From Chiloscyllium plagiosum (taxonomy: Eukaryota): a stretch of DNA of 20,000 bases. Where the stretch lies: contig NC_057759.1 of assembly GCF_004010195.1 (NCBI RefSeq), positions 4,575,735 to 4,595,734 on the forward strand, in the 5' to 3' direction. The notes beneath the pieces were generated by a model. The model searched no databases. It saw nothing but the letters and a program-made list of their open reading frames with translations, and was not told the DNA's origin. Both the position numbers and the translations under genes were made by a program. Shown here piece after piece: positions 1-9,914 of this stretch (position 1 is the first letter of the stretch; each line of letters begins with the position of its first letter).

Positions 1-553
1 TTCAACTTTTAGATCTGGTCTATCCTTTCCCATCACTATTTTATAACTAATAGAGGTATGGTTACTGACCCCAAAGTCCTACCCCATTGACACCTCAGTC
101 ACCTACCCTTCCTTATTTCCCAAGAGTAGGTCAAGTTTTGCACCTTCTCTAGTAGATACATCTACATACTGAATCAGAAATTTGTTTTCCTCTCCATGTA
201 AATCCTTAACACTATGGCAGTCCCAGTCTGTGTTTGGAAAGTTAAAATCCCTTATCATAACCACCCTATTATTGTTACAGGTAACTGAGATCTTCTTACA
301 AATTTGTTTCTCAATTCCCCAATGACTATTATGGGGTCTATACTATAATCCCAATAAGGTGGTCATTCCTTTCTTATTTCTCAGTTCCACCCAAATAACT
401 TCCCTGGATGTAATTGCAGGAATATCCTCCCTAAGTACAGCTGTAATGCTATCCCTTATCAAAAACGCCACTCCCCCTTCTCTCTTGCCTCTCTTTCTGT
501 CCTTCCTGTAGCATTTGTGTCCTGGAACATTAAACTGTCAGTCCTGTCCATTC
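1..553 (-). mobile_element. CR1/HER1-type LINE ORF2 fragment, APE endonuclease region (decayed)
   Basis: Manual minus-strand translation gives FNVPGHKCYRKDR, GGVAFLIRDSI, EVIWVELRNKKG, LLGLVYRP and VVMIRDFNFPNTDW, all typical CR1 APE motifs; frameshifted. Confidence 0.85.
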
Positions 554-1020
554 CTGAGTCACGGTTCTGTAGTTTCCTGTGGTGATGTCATTTCCTGTTC
601 TTTTTCTCAGGTGATGGCAAATGGCATCGAAGTCAATGTGTTTGTTGGTGGAGTTCCGGTTGGAAACCCATGCTTCTAGGAATTCTCGTTCATGTCTCTG
701 TTTGGCATGTCCTAGGATGGCTGTGTTGTCGCAATAAAAGTGGTGTCCTTCCTCATCTGTATACAAGGATACTAGTGAGAGTGGGTCAAGACATTTTGTG
801 GTAGGTGATGTATATGTATCCTGGTGGCTAGTTTTCTGCCTGTTTGTCCAATGTAGTGGACTCGTAAATAGAAAGCAGGCCATACCACCAGTGCTTCATC
901 CGGAGTCTCACTGATTATGTTACTTAGTATGGTGACAAAACGTCTGAAAACGAACCTTCCAGCTCAGCGAGCAAAGCTAGATCCAGAACTTCAACCTGAG
1001 CTACAAATCTTCTCAAAACT
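554..1020 (-). mobile_element. Penelope-like element, GIY-YIG C-terminus plus inverted terminal (pLTR) piece
   Basis: ORF 530..883(-) contains SLVSLYTDEEGHHF..DNTAILGHAKQRHEREFLEAW..NKHIDFDAI, typical of the PLE endonuclease end. A decayed hammerhead-like core (ctgattatgttac..gtgacaaaacgtc, ~911-944) lies on the opposite strand. Confidence 0.75.
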
Positions 1021-1029
1021 TTCTAGACT

Positions 1030-1200
1030 TCCATTACGTCTCCCCTCGGTCTCTGCTGCTTAGAAGAAAACTACCCGGGTGTTTCTAGCTTCTCTTTATA
1101 CTTCATACCCTCTAATCTGGACAACATTCTGGCAAACCTCTTCTGCATCCTTTCTAAATCCTCCACATCTTTCCTGTAATGTGCCGACCACAACTAAACT
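1030..1200 (-). mobile_element. CR1 LINE fragment (post-RT ORF2 C-terminal region)
   Basis: Degenerate similarity to the CR1 copy at ~10820-10990 (ttccat..tctcccctcggtctc..gaagaaaac..ctggcaaacctcttctgca). Confidence 0.65.
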
Positions 1201-1209
1201 GAACTAAGT

Positions 1210-1950
1210 TTAAAATCACACAACATCGGATTACAGTCCAACAGGTTTATTTGGAAGTACGAGCTTTCACAGCGCTGCTCCTTGATCAGGTAGCTATGAA
1301 ACAGGATCATAAGACACAGAATTTATAGCTAAAGCTTACAGTGGCATGCAACTGAAATGATATATTGAACAAACCTAGATTATTGTTCAGTAATTCATCT
1401 TTTAGAACGGATTGCAGTTAATTAATATATACATCCCAGGACTTATTTTACGTCACATTGTCAAGATGACTTAAGATTTTATTTTAAAAAGGGTGACATC
1501 TCAGATCAGACAATGTATTAAAGGTGTAAGGTTAGAGTCTGACTGTATCCCAATCTTGAGTAAGACTGTTTCTATTTCCAAAGTAGGAATTTATAAAATA
1601 TTACATGGATTGAGCAAAATAGAATGTTTCTGCAAATGCAAATTCACTCCAGTCACTTATGTGTGAGTGCATGTGAGTGTGAGTGCATCTGAGAATGTGT
1701 GTGTTTGTGTATGCTTGGTAAAGTGTGTGTGTGAGTGTGATGGAGTATAAGCCATGGAGGGTGCGCGCATGGGTGTGTGTGCGCCCGCATGGGTGTGTGT
1801 GTGTGTGTGTGTATGCATACATATGAGAGGAAGCGTATGGAGGAGAGAGGTTGTGCATGTGAGAGAGTGTACAGTGTATTGGGGACACCTGTAGTGTGAC
1901 AGGAACCCTAGGTCCCGATTGAGGCCGTCCTCATGGGTTCTGAACTTTAG
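1210..1950 (-). mobile_element. Penelope-like element 3' end (GIY-YIG tail, CA-rich spacer, pLTR with hammerhead-like core)
   Basis: Minus frame reads ILKFRTHEDGLNRDLGFLSHY, then a CA/GT-rich tract at 1658-1875. The minus-strand core ctgatcaaggagcagcgctgtgaaagc lies at ~1263-1289. The terminus resembles the element at 14347-14534. Confidence 0.75.
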
Positions 1951-2106
1951 AATGGATACTTTTAACATTACAATCGAGGTGAACAAAGAGACAATGCTGG
2001 TAGCTTGAGCAACCATATATGAAGTAGATAGTGAGTACAGATATTGAAAGAAACATTTCAGATATCAGTAACTGAGAAGGACAGAGTTAATCTTTTGTCA
2101 CAATAC

Positions 2107-2420
2107 TCTAAGTACAGTCTTATAAAGCTGCAATGACATCCTGACTCTTGTACTCAATTCCCCGACCAATAAGGCAAGCATGCCATACGCCTTCTGCTAG
2201 ATACCATCTTGTCTCCTTGTGTGGCCACGTTCAGGGAGCTATAGACTTGAACCCCAAGATCCTTCAGTACATCAAAGATGTTCAGAGTCCAGCCATTTAC
2301 TGTATACCTTCCCTTAACATTTGATCTCCCAAAGTCCAACATCTTACACTGTGCCAGATTAAACTCAATCTGCTATTTCTCCACCCATGTCTGCAATTGA
2401 TCTATATTCTACTGTATCAT
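2107..2420 (-). mobile_element. CR1 LINE RT C-terminal fragment
   Basis: ORF 2154..2342 reads LDFGRSNVKGRYTVNG..KDLGVQVYSSLNVATQ, homologous to the CR1 protein in ORF 11150..12409. Confidence 0.85.
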
Positions 2421-2434
2421 TTAACAAGATTATA

Positions 2435-2748
2435 TTAGATTGCCTACAATGTGGAAACAGGCCATTCAGCCCCACCAGTCCACACAGACCCTCTGAAGAG
2501 TAACTCACCCAGACCCATTTCCCTCTGACTAATGCACCTGACATTATGGGGCAATTTAGCTTGGCCCATCCATCTGACATGCAAACATTTTTGAATTGAG
2601 AGGGGAAACTGGCGCACCCGGAAGAAACTCATGCAGACACGGGGAGAACGTGCAAACTGCATACAGTCAGTCGCCTGAGGCGGGAATTGAACCCGGGTTC
2701 CAGGCGCTGTGAGGCAGCAGTGCAAACCACTGTGCCTCCGTTCCGCCC
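2435..2748 (-). mobile_element. HE1/V-SINE-type tRNA-derived SINE
   Basis: Reverse complement has a tRNA-like head with B-box ggttcaattcc, the V-SINE core (tttgcacgttctccccgtgtctgc) and a LINE-like 3' tail; very similar to 6092-6379. Confidence 0.85.
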
Positions 2749-2927
2749 ACCACGTTGAAAGAAACATTTCAGCTATCATTAAATGAGAATGACAATTAAT
2801 CTTTTGTCACATACATAGACACAGCAATCAAAGAATATGAATTCCAAAGGCACTTTGTGTCAAAGCCTGACAGAGAGAATGATTAATGTGTAGGTACGTG
2901 ACCACACATTCATTCCCCACCCCCCCC

Positions 2928-2957
2928 CACCACACACACACACACACACACACACAC
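2928..2957. repeat. (CA)n microsatellite preceded by a poly-C run
   Basis: Read directly from the sequence. Confidence 0.95.
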
Positions 2958-3299
2958 TCGCTCTCTGACTTACGATGAGTTTTAAAAACATACACCATCC
3001 TGACACAGTACAATGTCTAACAGCCATGCAGTTCCATTGATATTGCAAGTAACAGAAAATGTTAGATTCAAAATGATTTCTCCCCACAGATCCCTTGTCA
3101 GACAGGCCTACAGCTGGGCCTACAGCCCTTGAAAACTTATGAGTCAGCACCGATCAGAAGCAACCAGCTAACAATTTTCATCTTGATCAGCTAGCATCTG
3201 TTTGCCTAATTGTATCATGGTAACAGAGGAGCTGCCATCCCCATCTTTATCAAAACATTTCTTCACGTTGTAGGAGAAGACTTTGTTTTGTCTGTTTCA

Positions 3300-4465
3300 A
3301 GAGTGTGGTGCTGGAAAAGCTGAGCAGGTCAGGCAGCATCTGAGAAGCAGGAAAATCAAGGTTTTGGACAAAAGCCCTTCATTAGGAATGAGGCTGGGAG
3401 TCTTGGAGGTGGAGATATGAGTTGGAGGGAATTGGGGCTGGTGATAATTTAGCTGAGACTGCAACAGATGGGGGTAAAGGTCGGAGTGGAGGGTGGTGCT
3501 GATAGATGGAAAGGAAGATGGTCAGATGTGATAGGTCATGAGGACGGTGCTAAGCTTGAGGTTTGGAACTGGGGTTAGGTGGTGAATGGGAAATGAGGAA
3601 ACCGGTGAAGTCCACATTGATGTCATGGGGTTGGAGGGTCCTGAGGTGGAAGATGAGGCATTCTTCCTCCAGGTGTCAAGTGGTAAGGGAATGGCGATGG
3701 AGGAGGCCCAGGACCTGCATTCCTCAGCAGTGGGAGCGGTTAAGTGTTGGGCCATGGGTCGGTGGGGTTGGTGGGGTAGGTGTCTCAGATGTTCTCTGAA
3801 GCGCTCGGCGTCCCCAATGTCAAGGAGTTTGCATCGGGATCAGTGGATACAGTAAATGATGTGTGGAAGTGCAGGGGAAACATTGATGGATGTGGAAGGC
3901 TCCTTTGGGGCCTTGAACGGAGGTGAGGGGGGAGGTTTGGGCGCAGGTTTTGCAATTCCTGCTGTGGCATGGAAGGTGTCGGGACGGGACGGTGGGTTGC
4001 TGGGGGGCATGGACCTGACGAGGTAATCGTGGTTTGAGCAGTCTTTACGGAAAGCGGATGGGGTGGGGAGGGAAATATATCTCTGGTGATGGGATCCGTT
4101 CGTGGGTGGCGGAAATGGCGGAGGATGATGTGATGTATACAGAGGTTAGTGGGGTGGAATGTGAGGACCGGTGGGGGGGGGGGTTCTGTCCTTGTTCTGG
4201 TTGGAGGGGTGGGTTTCAAAGGCAGAGGGGCGTGAAATGGATGAAATGCACTGAAGGGCATCCTCAACCACGTGGGAGGAGAAATTGCAGTCTTTAAAGC
4301 GGGAGGCCATCTGGCGTGTTCTGTGATGGAACTGGTCCTCCTGGGAACAGATACGGTGGCGGTAGTGGAAGAATTGGGATAACGGACATTTTTGCAGGAG
4401 GAGGTGTACTCCAGGTAGGTGTGGGAGTTGGTGGGTTTGTATCATCTGCAGTACTCATTTTCGCC
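3300..4465 (-). mobile_element. 5'-truncated Penelope-like element (RT C-terminus, GIY-YIG, pLTR)
   Basis: Minus frames give SQFFHYRHRICSQEDQFHHRTRQMASRFKDCNF and LTFHPTNLCIHHIILRHFRH. The 3' terminus (3301-3390) matches the arms of the palindromes at 7888 and 11086, and ends with the ctgcagtactcattttc terminal motif. Confidence 0.8.
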
Positions 4466-6091
4466 TTTGTGTGTTTCAGTCCAACCAGAAACTTTGTTTT
4501 AGTTAGTTATGTACTACTTTTAAAATTTGTTGCAATTTACTACAAAGAGCTCTGCATTCCTCCTTCCTTTCCCTCGGATGTATCATGAAAAAAAAAGAAA
4601 TCTTGCTGCAATTTTCACAATGCATCAATGGAATCTAATAACCCTTCAAAGCAGTGGAGAAAGGGGGAGAAAAAAGTCAAAATTAGTAGGTTTATAAAAC
4701 TGTGCATTTTATTTTCAAGCAGAGCAGAAAGTGTTGATCATTCCATAAATTCAATTTGGCAGTTTACACATTTTGTACTGCATGACAAAAAAAAAAGCCT
4801 TTTTCCTTTCCTCCTTCCTACTATAGAGCAACGCAAGAGTACAGCATGCATCATCACACGACAGAGCAATGTAATATTCTGTCTACATCAGAAAATAGAA
4901 GTGAACGAGTCTGTACAAGGAACATTATGGTCAGTCAGCTCCAATGCAGTTGAATTGTTTGTCACCCTTTTACTTAGTTGCAAATGTTTACATAGATTGT
5001 TACTTCACCAAATTCATAAAAGAACATCACTATGCACTGAAACAAAAACTGATGGCTTTCTGACGACCAACATTTTATATCATTACTCTGTTAGATTCCG
5101 CATTGTACAAAATACAAAAAGTCTAATTGTTTTTCCTATCTTGACGCTGACGAACAGCATAGAATCCTTTCTGTTGCAGTGTGTTACGCTTTCACTTGCA
5201 CATGATTCCTACAGGCACTAACAATTAAAGAACTTCGGCTGTTTCAACACAGGAGACATGAACTGAGATACAGACTGGCAGCACAAGAGTAAACTCACTC
5301 TGACTCAGTCACTGGATGCTGAAAGGAAAAGAATAAATTTTGGCCTCTATTTCCAGATGTGAATTGACTCTCAACATCACTTATCACAGTTGAGGATATA
5401 CAGTGCCCAGCAGTGCCTGATAAAGTCTACTATACATGCACACACGCACAATGTAAAAATAAACAGACTGAAATGCAACACAATTAAGCATCATCGAAAA
5501 GAGTTTATTAACAGAGTTTATGCTACATTCAGACACAAACCGCAACTGAACATAGGTGAATGAGATCCAATGAACCCTCTCCAGAGCTTGAAGATCCTTC
5601 CTTAAGTAAGGTGACCAGAACTGAACACAAATGTGATCTGACCAACCAAGAACTACATTTATTAAAAGTCAGATGTCTACAGAATTGATGTCAAAGTGTG
5701 CTTTCCATATGGACACTGGCAATGAGTGGATGAAGTTCACATTCCCAACAATTACTGCAGAACTGATGTATAAGAGAATGTCCCAGTACAGACACAATGG
5801 GCTGAATGGTCTGTTTCTGAGCTGTACCATATCAGTGATTCTGATTTTGGTGAGAAAGGAGATGACATGCTGTCGTGTTACATATTGGTACAAAAAATAT
5901 CACACAGAAATGGACTGACATGCAGAATAAAAACACCAACAATGTCTGGGTACAAATTGAAACTAAATGTCTCAGTGGTACCACAGATCCCAGACTCTCT
6001 CCCCGAACAGGAAATGTGTGACCATAATTCAAAATGGTTCTCAGAATAAAGCAGTTTCCCTTCTGCCATTGAGGAACTACGTCCCCTCAAG

Positions 6092-6379
6092 AGATTACTT
6101 TACAGTGTGGAAACAGGCCCTTCGGCCCAACAAGTCCACACCGCCCCGCCGAAGCGCAAACCACCCAGACCCCTACATTTACCCCTTTACCTAACACTAC
6201 GGGCAATTTAGCATGGCCAATTCACCTGACCTGCACATCTTTGGACTGTGGGAGGAAACCGGAGCACCCGGAGGAAACCCACGCCGACACGGGAAGAACG
6301 TGCAAACTCCACACAGTCAGTCGCCTGAGGTGGGAATTGAACCCGGGTCTCTGGCGCTGTGAAGCAGCAGTGCTAACCA
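6092..6379 (-). mobile_element. HE1/V-SINE-type SINE (head slightly truncated)
   Basis: V-SINE core ggaggaaaccggagcacccggaggaaacccacg on + strand, B-box, LINE-like tail. Confidence 0.85.
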
Positions 6380-6598
6380 AGGGGCCTCTTGGTTCGATAT
6401 CGGTCAAATGAATCGACAAATGTGGTCTATTCATAAAGCAAGGTTCATTAATTCCTTGGATTAAGCTACCTTGACACAATTCTATCCAGCAACACAGAGA
6501 TTGAAGCTTCCGTGATCCGGGGTGAAGCTGCGCAATTACATTTATATGTTTTTCAATAAATAGTACAGCCTTAATTACAAGAAATACCAATCACATAT

Positions 6599-6745
6599 GG
6601 GCGGCACGGTGGCACAGCAGTTAGCACTGCTGCCTCACAGCGCCAGAGGCCCGGGTTCAATTCCCGCCTCAGGCGACTGACTGTGTGGAGTTTGCACGTT
6701 CTCCCCGTGTTTCCTCTTTCAACACTGTAAGTAATCTAATCTAAT
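6599..6745 (+). mobile_element. HE1/V-SINE-type SINE, internally deleted
   Basis: Head gggcggcacggtggcacag..gggttcaattccc, truncated core, joined directly to the tail acactgtaagtaatctaatctaat. Confidence 0.85.
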
Positions 6746-7124
6746 AACGTGACGTGATTTGCAGCAAGTTAAGAAGGATGTCTAATTTACGTACATTGTC
6801 ATGCCATATATTAGTTCAAGGTTAGTTCAAATGGTCAATTAATGTGTCAGTATTCATCTTATGAAAACTCTGTTGTCCTCTTATCTTTGAACTGCAAGTT
6901 AATTCTGCAAATCAGCAGTATGTTCAGCAATATGGTTTACAGGCTATTTTATAGCATTCTTTTAAATTGAGAAACCATTCTGAACAAATAAAAATCGACA
7001 TATTTTGTTGCCTAAATTCCAATTTTAGATCCTCATCCCCATCCCCATCTCACCCCTCCCCCTCACCCCCCCCCCCCACCCCCCTTGGCCATCTTATGAC
7101 CACACCATAAAGGTATAGATCAAA

Positions 7125-7887
7125 TCAATTCAATTCAACAGCAGCAAGAGACTGCCATAGTTCCTCTTCCTCCGAAGGGGAACTAAAGTCAGGCAATGGC
7201 GTTTCCTCGTCTTCATTTAAGTAAAGAAGCATTTTCAGATTGGAGCCAATGTTGTCAATAGAAATTAATGTTTTAGCAATAATACTCTTAGCTATAGCAA
7301 TGCTAACAAAAAGACAAATTGAAACAATAGCACCATACAAAGACATATTAAGTAATCAGTTGTACCATGAGCCAAACCCCAATCTTCCCATCCCACACCT
7401 TCGTTCATTTGGTTGACAAAAGTGTGAATATTATCAATATGTCTCGTAATGTTTTCGAAAGGATCAGTGACCCTCATAATGCATTTTCTTTTAACTATAA
7501 CGCAACATCCACCTTCCTTCACAAGCATGTAATCAGTTTTGTTGGGCAAATAGGCACAATTCTGAAAGCATTTCTAATTTCTATTAAGGTAGCAGTTGTC
7601 TCATTTCCCAAAATTGTGAGTCCACCAATGAGATAATTATGGGTTTTGATGACTAATAATTCTTAATGACTCTACTAATGAAAGAACACTAAGAGCTGCA
7701 TATGTCAATGAGTGTGTTTTACTTCTTGATATGGTCTTTGGATTCTTCTATTCTGTGCAAAAGTCAGGAGAAACTTTATGTTTAAAAGGGAAATTATGAT
7801 TTCATTGCCAGGTGATTGGACAGGGAACAGGAGTTGGAAATAGTGTTCCCACAGCTACGACTTGCTCTATTCAGGACAAGGTAGTTC
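7125..7887 (-). pseudogene. env: Endogenous viral envelope glycoprotein (class I fusion; SU C-terminus plus whole TM), filovirus-GP2/ASLV-like, frameshifted
   Basis: Joining minus frames gives VVAVGTLFPTPVPCP..FKHKVSPDFCTE*KNPKTISRSKTHSLTYAALSVLSLVESLRIISHQ / NYLIGGLTILGNETTATLIEIRN / LSELCLFAQQN / DYMLVKEGGCCVIVKRKCIMRVTDPFENITRHIDNIHTFVNQMNEGVGWEDWG / GSWYN*LLNMSLYGAIVSICLFVSIAIAKSII..EEEELWQSLAAVELN*. Uses ORFs 7292..7549 and 7125..7346. Confidence 0.85.
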
Positions 7888-8090
7888 GCTGAAAAATGTG
7901 TTGCTGGAAAAGCACAGCAGGTCAGGCAGCATCCAAGGAGCAGGAGAATCGACGTTTCGGGCATAAGCCCTTCTTCAGGTGCCCGAAACGTCGATTCTCC
8001 TGCTCCTTGGATGCTACCTGACCTGCTGCGCTTTTCCAGCAGCACATTTTTCAGCTCTGATCTCCAGCATCTGCAGTCCTCACTTTCTCC
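7888..8090. mobile_element. Palindromic Penelope terminal mini-element
   Basis: 76-bp inverted arms 7888-7963 and 7980-8055 (3 mismatches by eye). Minus-strand core ctgaagaagggcttatgcccgaaacgtc; ends with the PLE terminus ctgcagtcctcactttctcc. Confidence 0.85.
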
Positions 8091-8640
8091 GATAAAAAAG
8101 GAACACCACTCATCTAAATCTGAATTATCATTGTCGTCCTCATTAAAACTAAGGCCAACCATCGAATTGCGCAGTTCTGTTTGTTTACCAGTCACTTGTG
8201 ACTTCTCCTTGTGTTTCTGTATTTATTTTGCTCGAGCAATTCACTTTTAAGAACCTCAACAGACTTCATAGCACCATTTGCAGTTAATTCAATCCCCAAT
8301 TTGGTGGCAGTATCCTGCCACGAGCGCAAAACTGATTTTTTGTGCCTCTCATCACAAAACTGTCACAGTAGTCCAATTAACTCTTTCGTTCCCACTCCCA
8401 TGTTATGTTGCTAAATCAATTGCTGAGCTGATTTAACCAACTGAACAACTTAGGAACTCCTAATGATATTCTTCATCACCCAATGTTTTGTTTAGATTCC
8501 ATACAGTTTTCCAAAGGCCTCAGACCTTTCGGAAAATTTTCACATAATTTCACTAACGTTGATGAAATTACTCACGATCAATCTTCCACAGATGCTAATC
8601 AATTTCACAAACCTTTTTATTAAAAAAAACTTTCATTATA
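8091..8640 (-). pseudogene. Putative decayed retroviral gag N-terminus (matrix-like)
   Basis: Minus-strand frames with stops read ISSTLVKLCENFPK / LWKTVWNLNKTLGDEEY / VVQLVKSAQQLI*QHNMGVGTKELIGLL*QFCDERHKKSVLRSWQDTATKLGIEL. Helical-looking, same strand as and upstream of env. The identity is inferred mostly from position. Confidence 0.4.
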
Positions 8641-8693
8641 AAATATTGTGTTTTTTTAAAAGAAATTTATTATATCAATAATAACCTATAATT

Positions 8694-8930
8694 AAATACC
8701 AGGAACCTCTTGCTCCCTATAACTTCAAATATCAAGAGCCTCATGCCCCCTGTTACCTCAAATGCCAGGGGCCTCTTGCCCCCGTAACCTCAAATACCAG
8801 GGGTCTCTTACCCCCTGTAACATTAAATATCAAGGCCCTCTTGCCCCCTGTAACATCAAATTCCAGGGGTCTCTTGCCCCCTGTTACCTCAAATACCAGG
8901 GGCCTCTTGCCCCCTGTAACCCCAAATACG
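8694..8930. repeat. 33-bp minisatellite, ~7 copies
   Basis: Consensus aaataccaggggcctcttgccccctgtaacctc; units start at 8694, 8727, 8760 (32 bp), 8792, 8825, 8858 and 8891. Confidence 0.95.
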
Positions 8931-9271
8931 AAGTGTTAATAATTTCCTATATTGAAAGCGTTGAGGGCAACAGTCTTCAAAACCAGCTGAAAATACAAGC
9001 ATCCGATCTTTTTAGAACCTGGGAATAAAAAAAATTCAAACAACCTCAAAGTTTTTTTTAAACTTAAAAAGGAAGACTGTGAGAAACAGAGTTCACAATA
9101 TAATAATTTTCAGTCTGAGTCAAATTCTGAAGCAACAAATTTTATTGAAACGTTCTTGCAAGACAGGTGTCTAACAAATAGGCACCCTGATCCAAAAATT
9201 ACTCCACAATTTACACAGTTTAATTGAGTCTTTCTTGGTACTTCCCCATTTACCTCATTGGCCTAACATAT

Positions 9272-9567
9272 TACTTGATTACTTACAGTGTGGCCCAACA
9301 AGTCCAAACCGATCCTCTGAAGAGCAACTCACTCAGATCCATTCCCCTACATTTACCCCTCCACCTAACACTGCAGGGAATTTAGTATGGCCAATTTACC
9401 AAACCTGCACAGTTTTGGACCATAGGAGGAAACTGGAGCACCCGGAGGAAACCCACACAGACACGGGAGAATGTGTAAACTCCACATAGACAGTTGCCTG
9501 AGGCAGGAATTGAACCCAGGTTTCTGCCGCTGTCAGGCAGCAGTGCTAACCACTGTGTCACCGTGTC
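9272..9567 (-). mobile_element. HE1/V-SINE-type SINE
   Basis: Same head, core and tail as the other copies; imperfect flanking repeat aacatat/aacctat. Confidence 0.8.
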
Positions 9568-9914
9568 AAACCTATCACTATTCCTTATTGTGTTCTGCCC
9601 CTGCTGAGCTGTGCTCCGCCCTTGTTTATTTCTCCACCTGCTCCAAGCCGGGCGACCCTTACTCTTCTTTATCCTATCCCTTATTTGCAGCTAACTTAAC
9701 TCGTTTTAGTGCCTATATGGGGGCAATATGCCGAGTTGGCATAATGTTCTTTCTACTCCTTATCTATTTGTTTGTAACATTTGTTTGCAGGCATGCTCCA
9801 TTTTAACTAACTCAGTTCTTTGCTGAAACAATTAGAGACTGGTGTAGGTTAGTTCATTTACCTTGCAAAAGCAATTATTATTGTAGAAGTAACACTACTT
9901 TACCCACATCCCAC

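Noticed and set aside
1601..2016. His/Thr-rich ORFs
   Set aside because: They are translations of the CA/GT low-complexity tract in a Penelope 3' region.
4628..5221. 197-aa + strand ORF
   Set aside because: No recognisable domain, runs through homopolymer tracts, and has the composition of non-coding DNA; probably a chance ORF.
6599..6680. tRNA gene
   Set aside because: The A/B-box-like head belongs to a SINE and continues into the V-SINE core; no complete cloverleaf.
7030..7085. C-rich run as the proviral polypurine tract with adjoining 3' LTR
   Set aside because: Position is plausible, but no TG..CA LTR matching the 10423 stub could be found, so it is treated as low complexity.
7125..7887. 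Calling the env a true endogenous filovirus
   Set aside because: No NP, VP35 or L-like sequence is seen nearby, and the SU-end motif (AVGTLFP) and upstream layout fit a retroviral context better; the fold is shared across these families.
8694..8930. 33-bp repeats as a CRISPR array or a repeat-protein gene
   Set aside because: Units are contiguous with no unique spacers, the context is eukaryotic, and one 32-bp unit breaks the frame.
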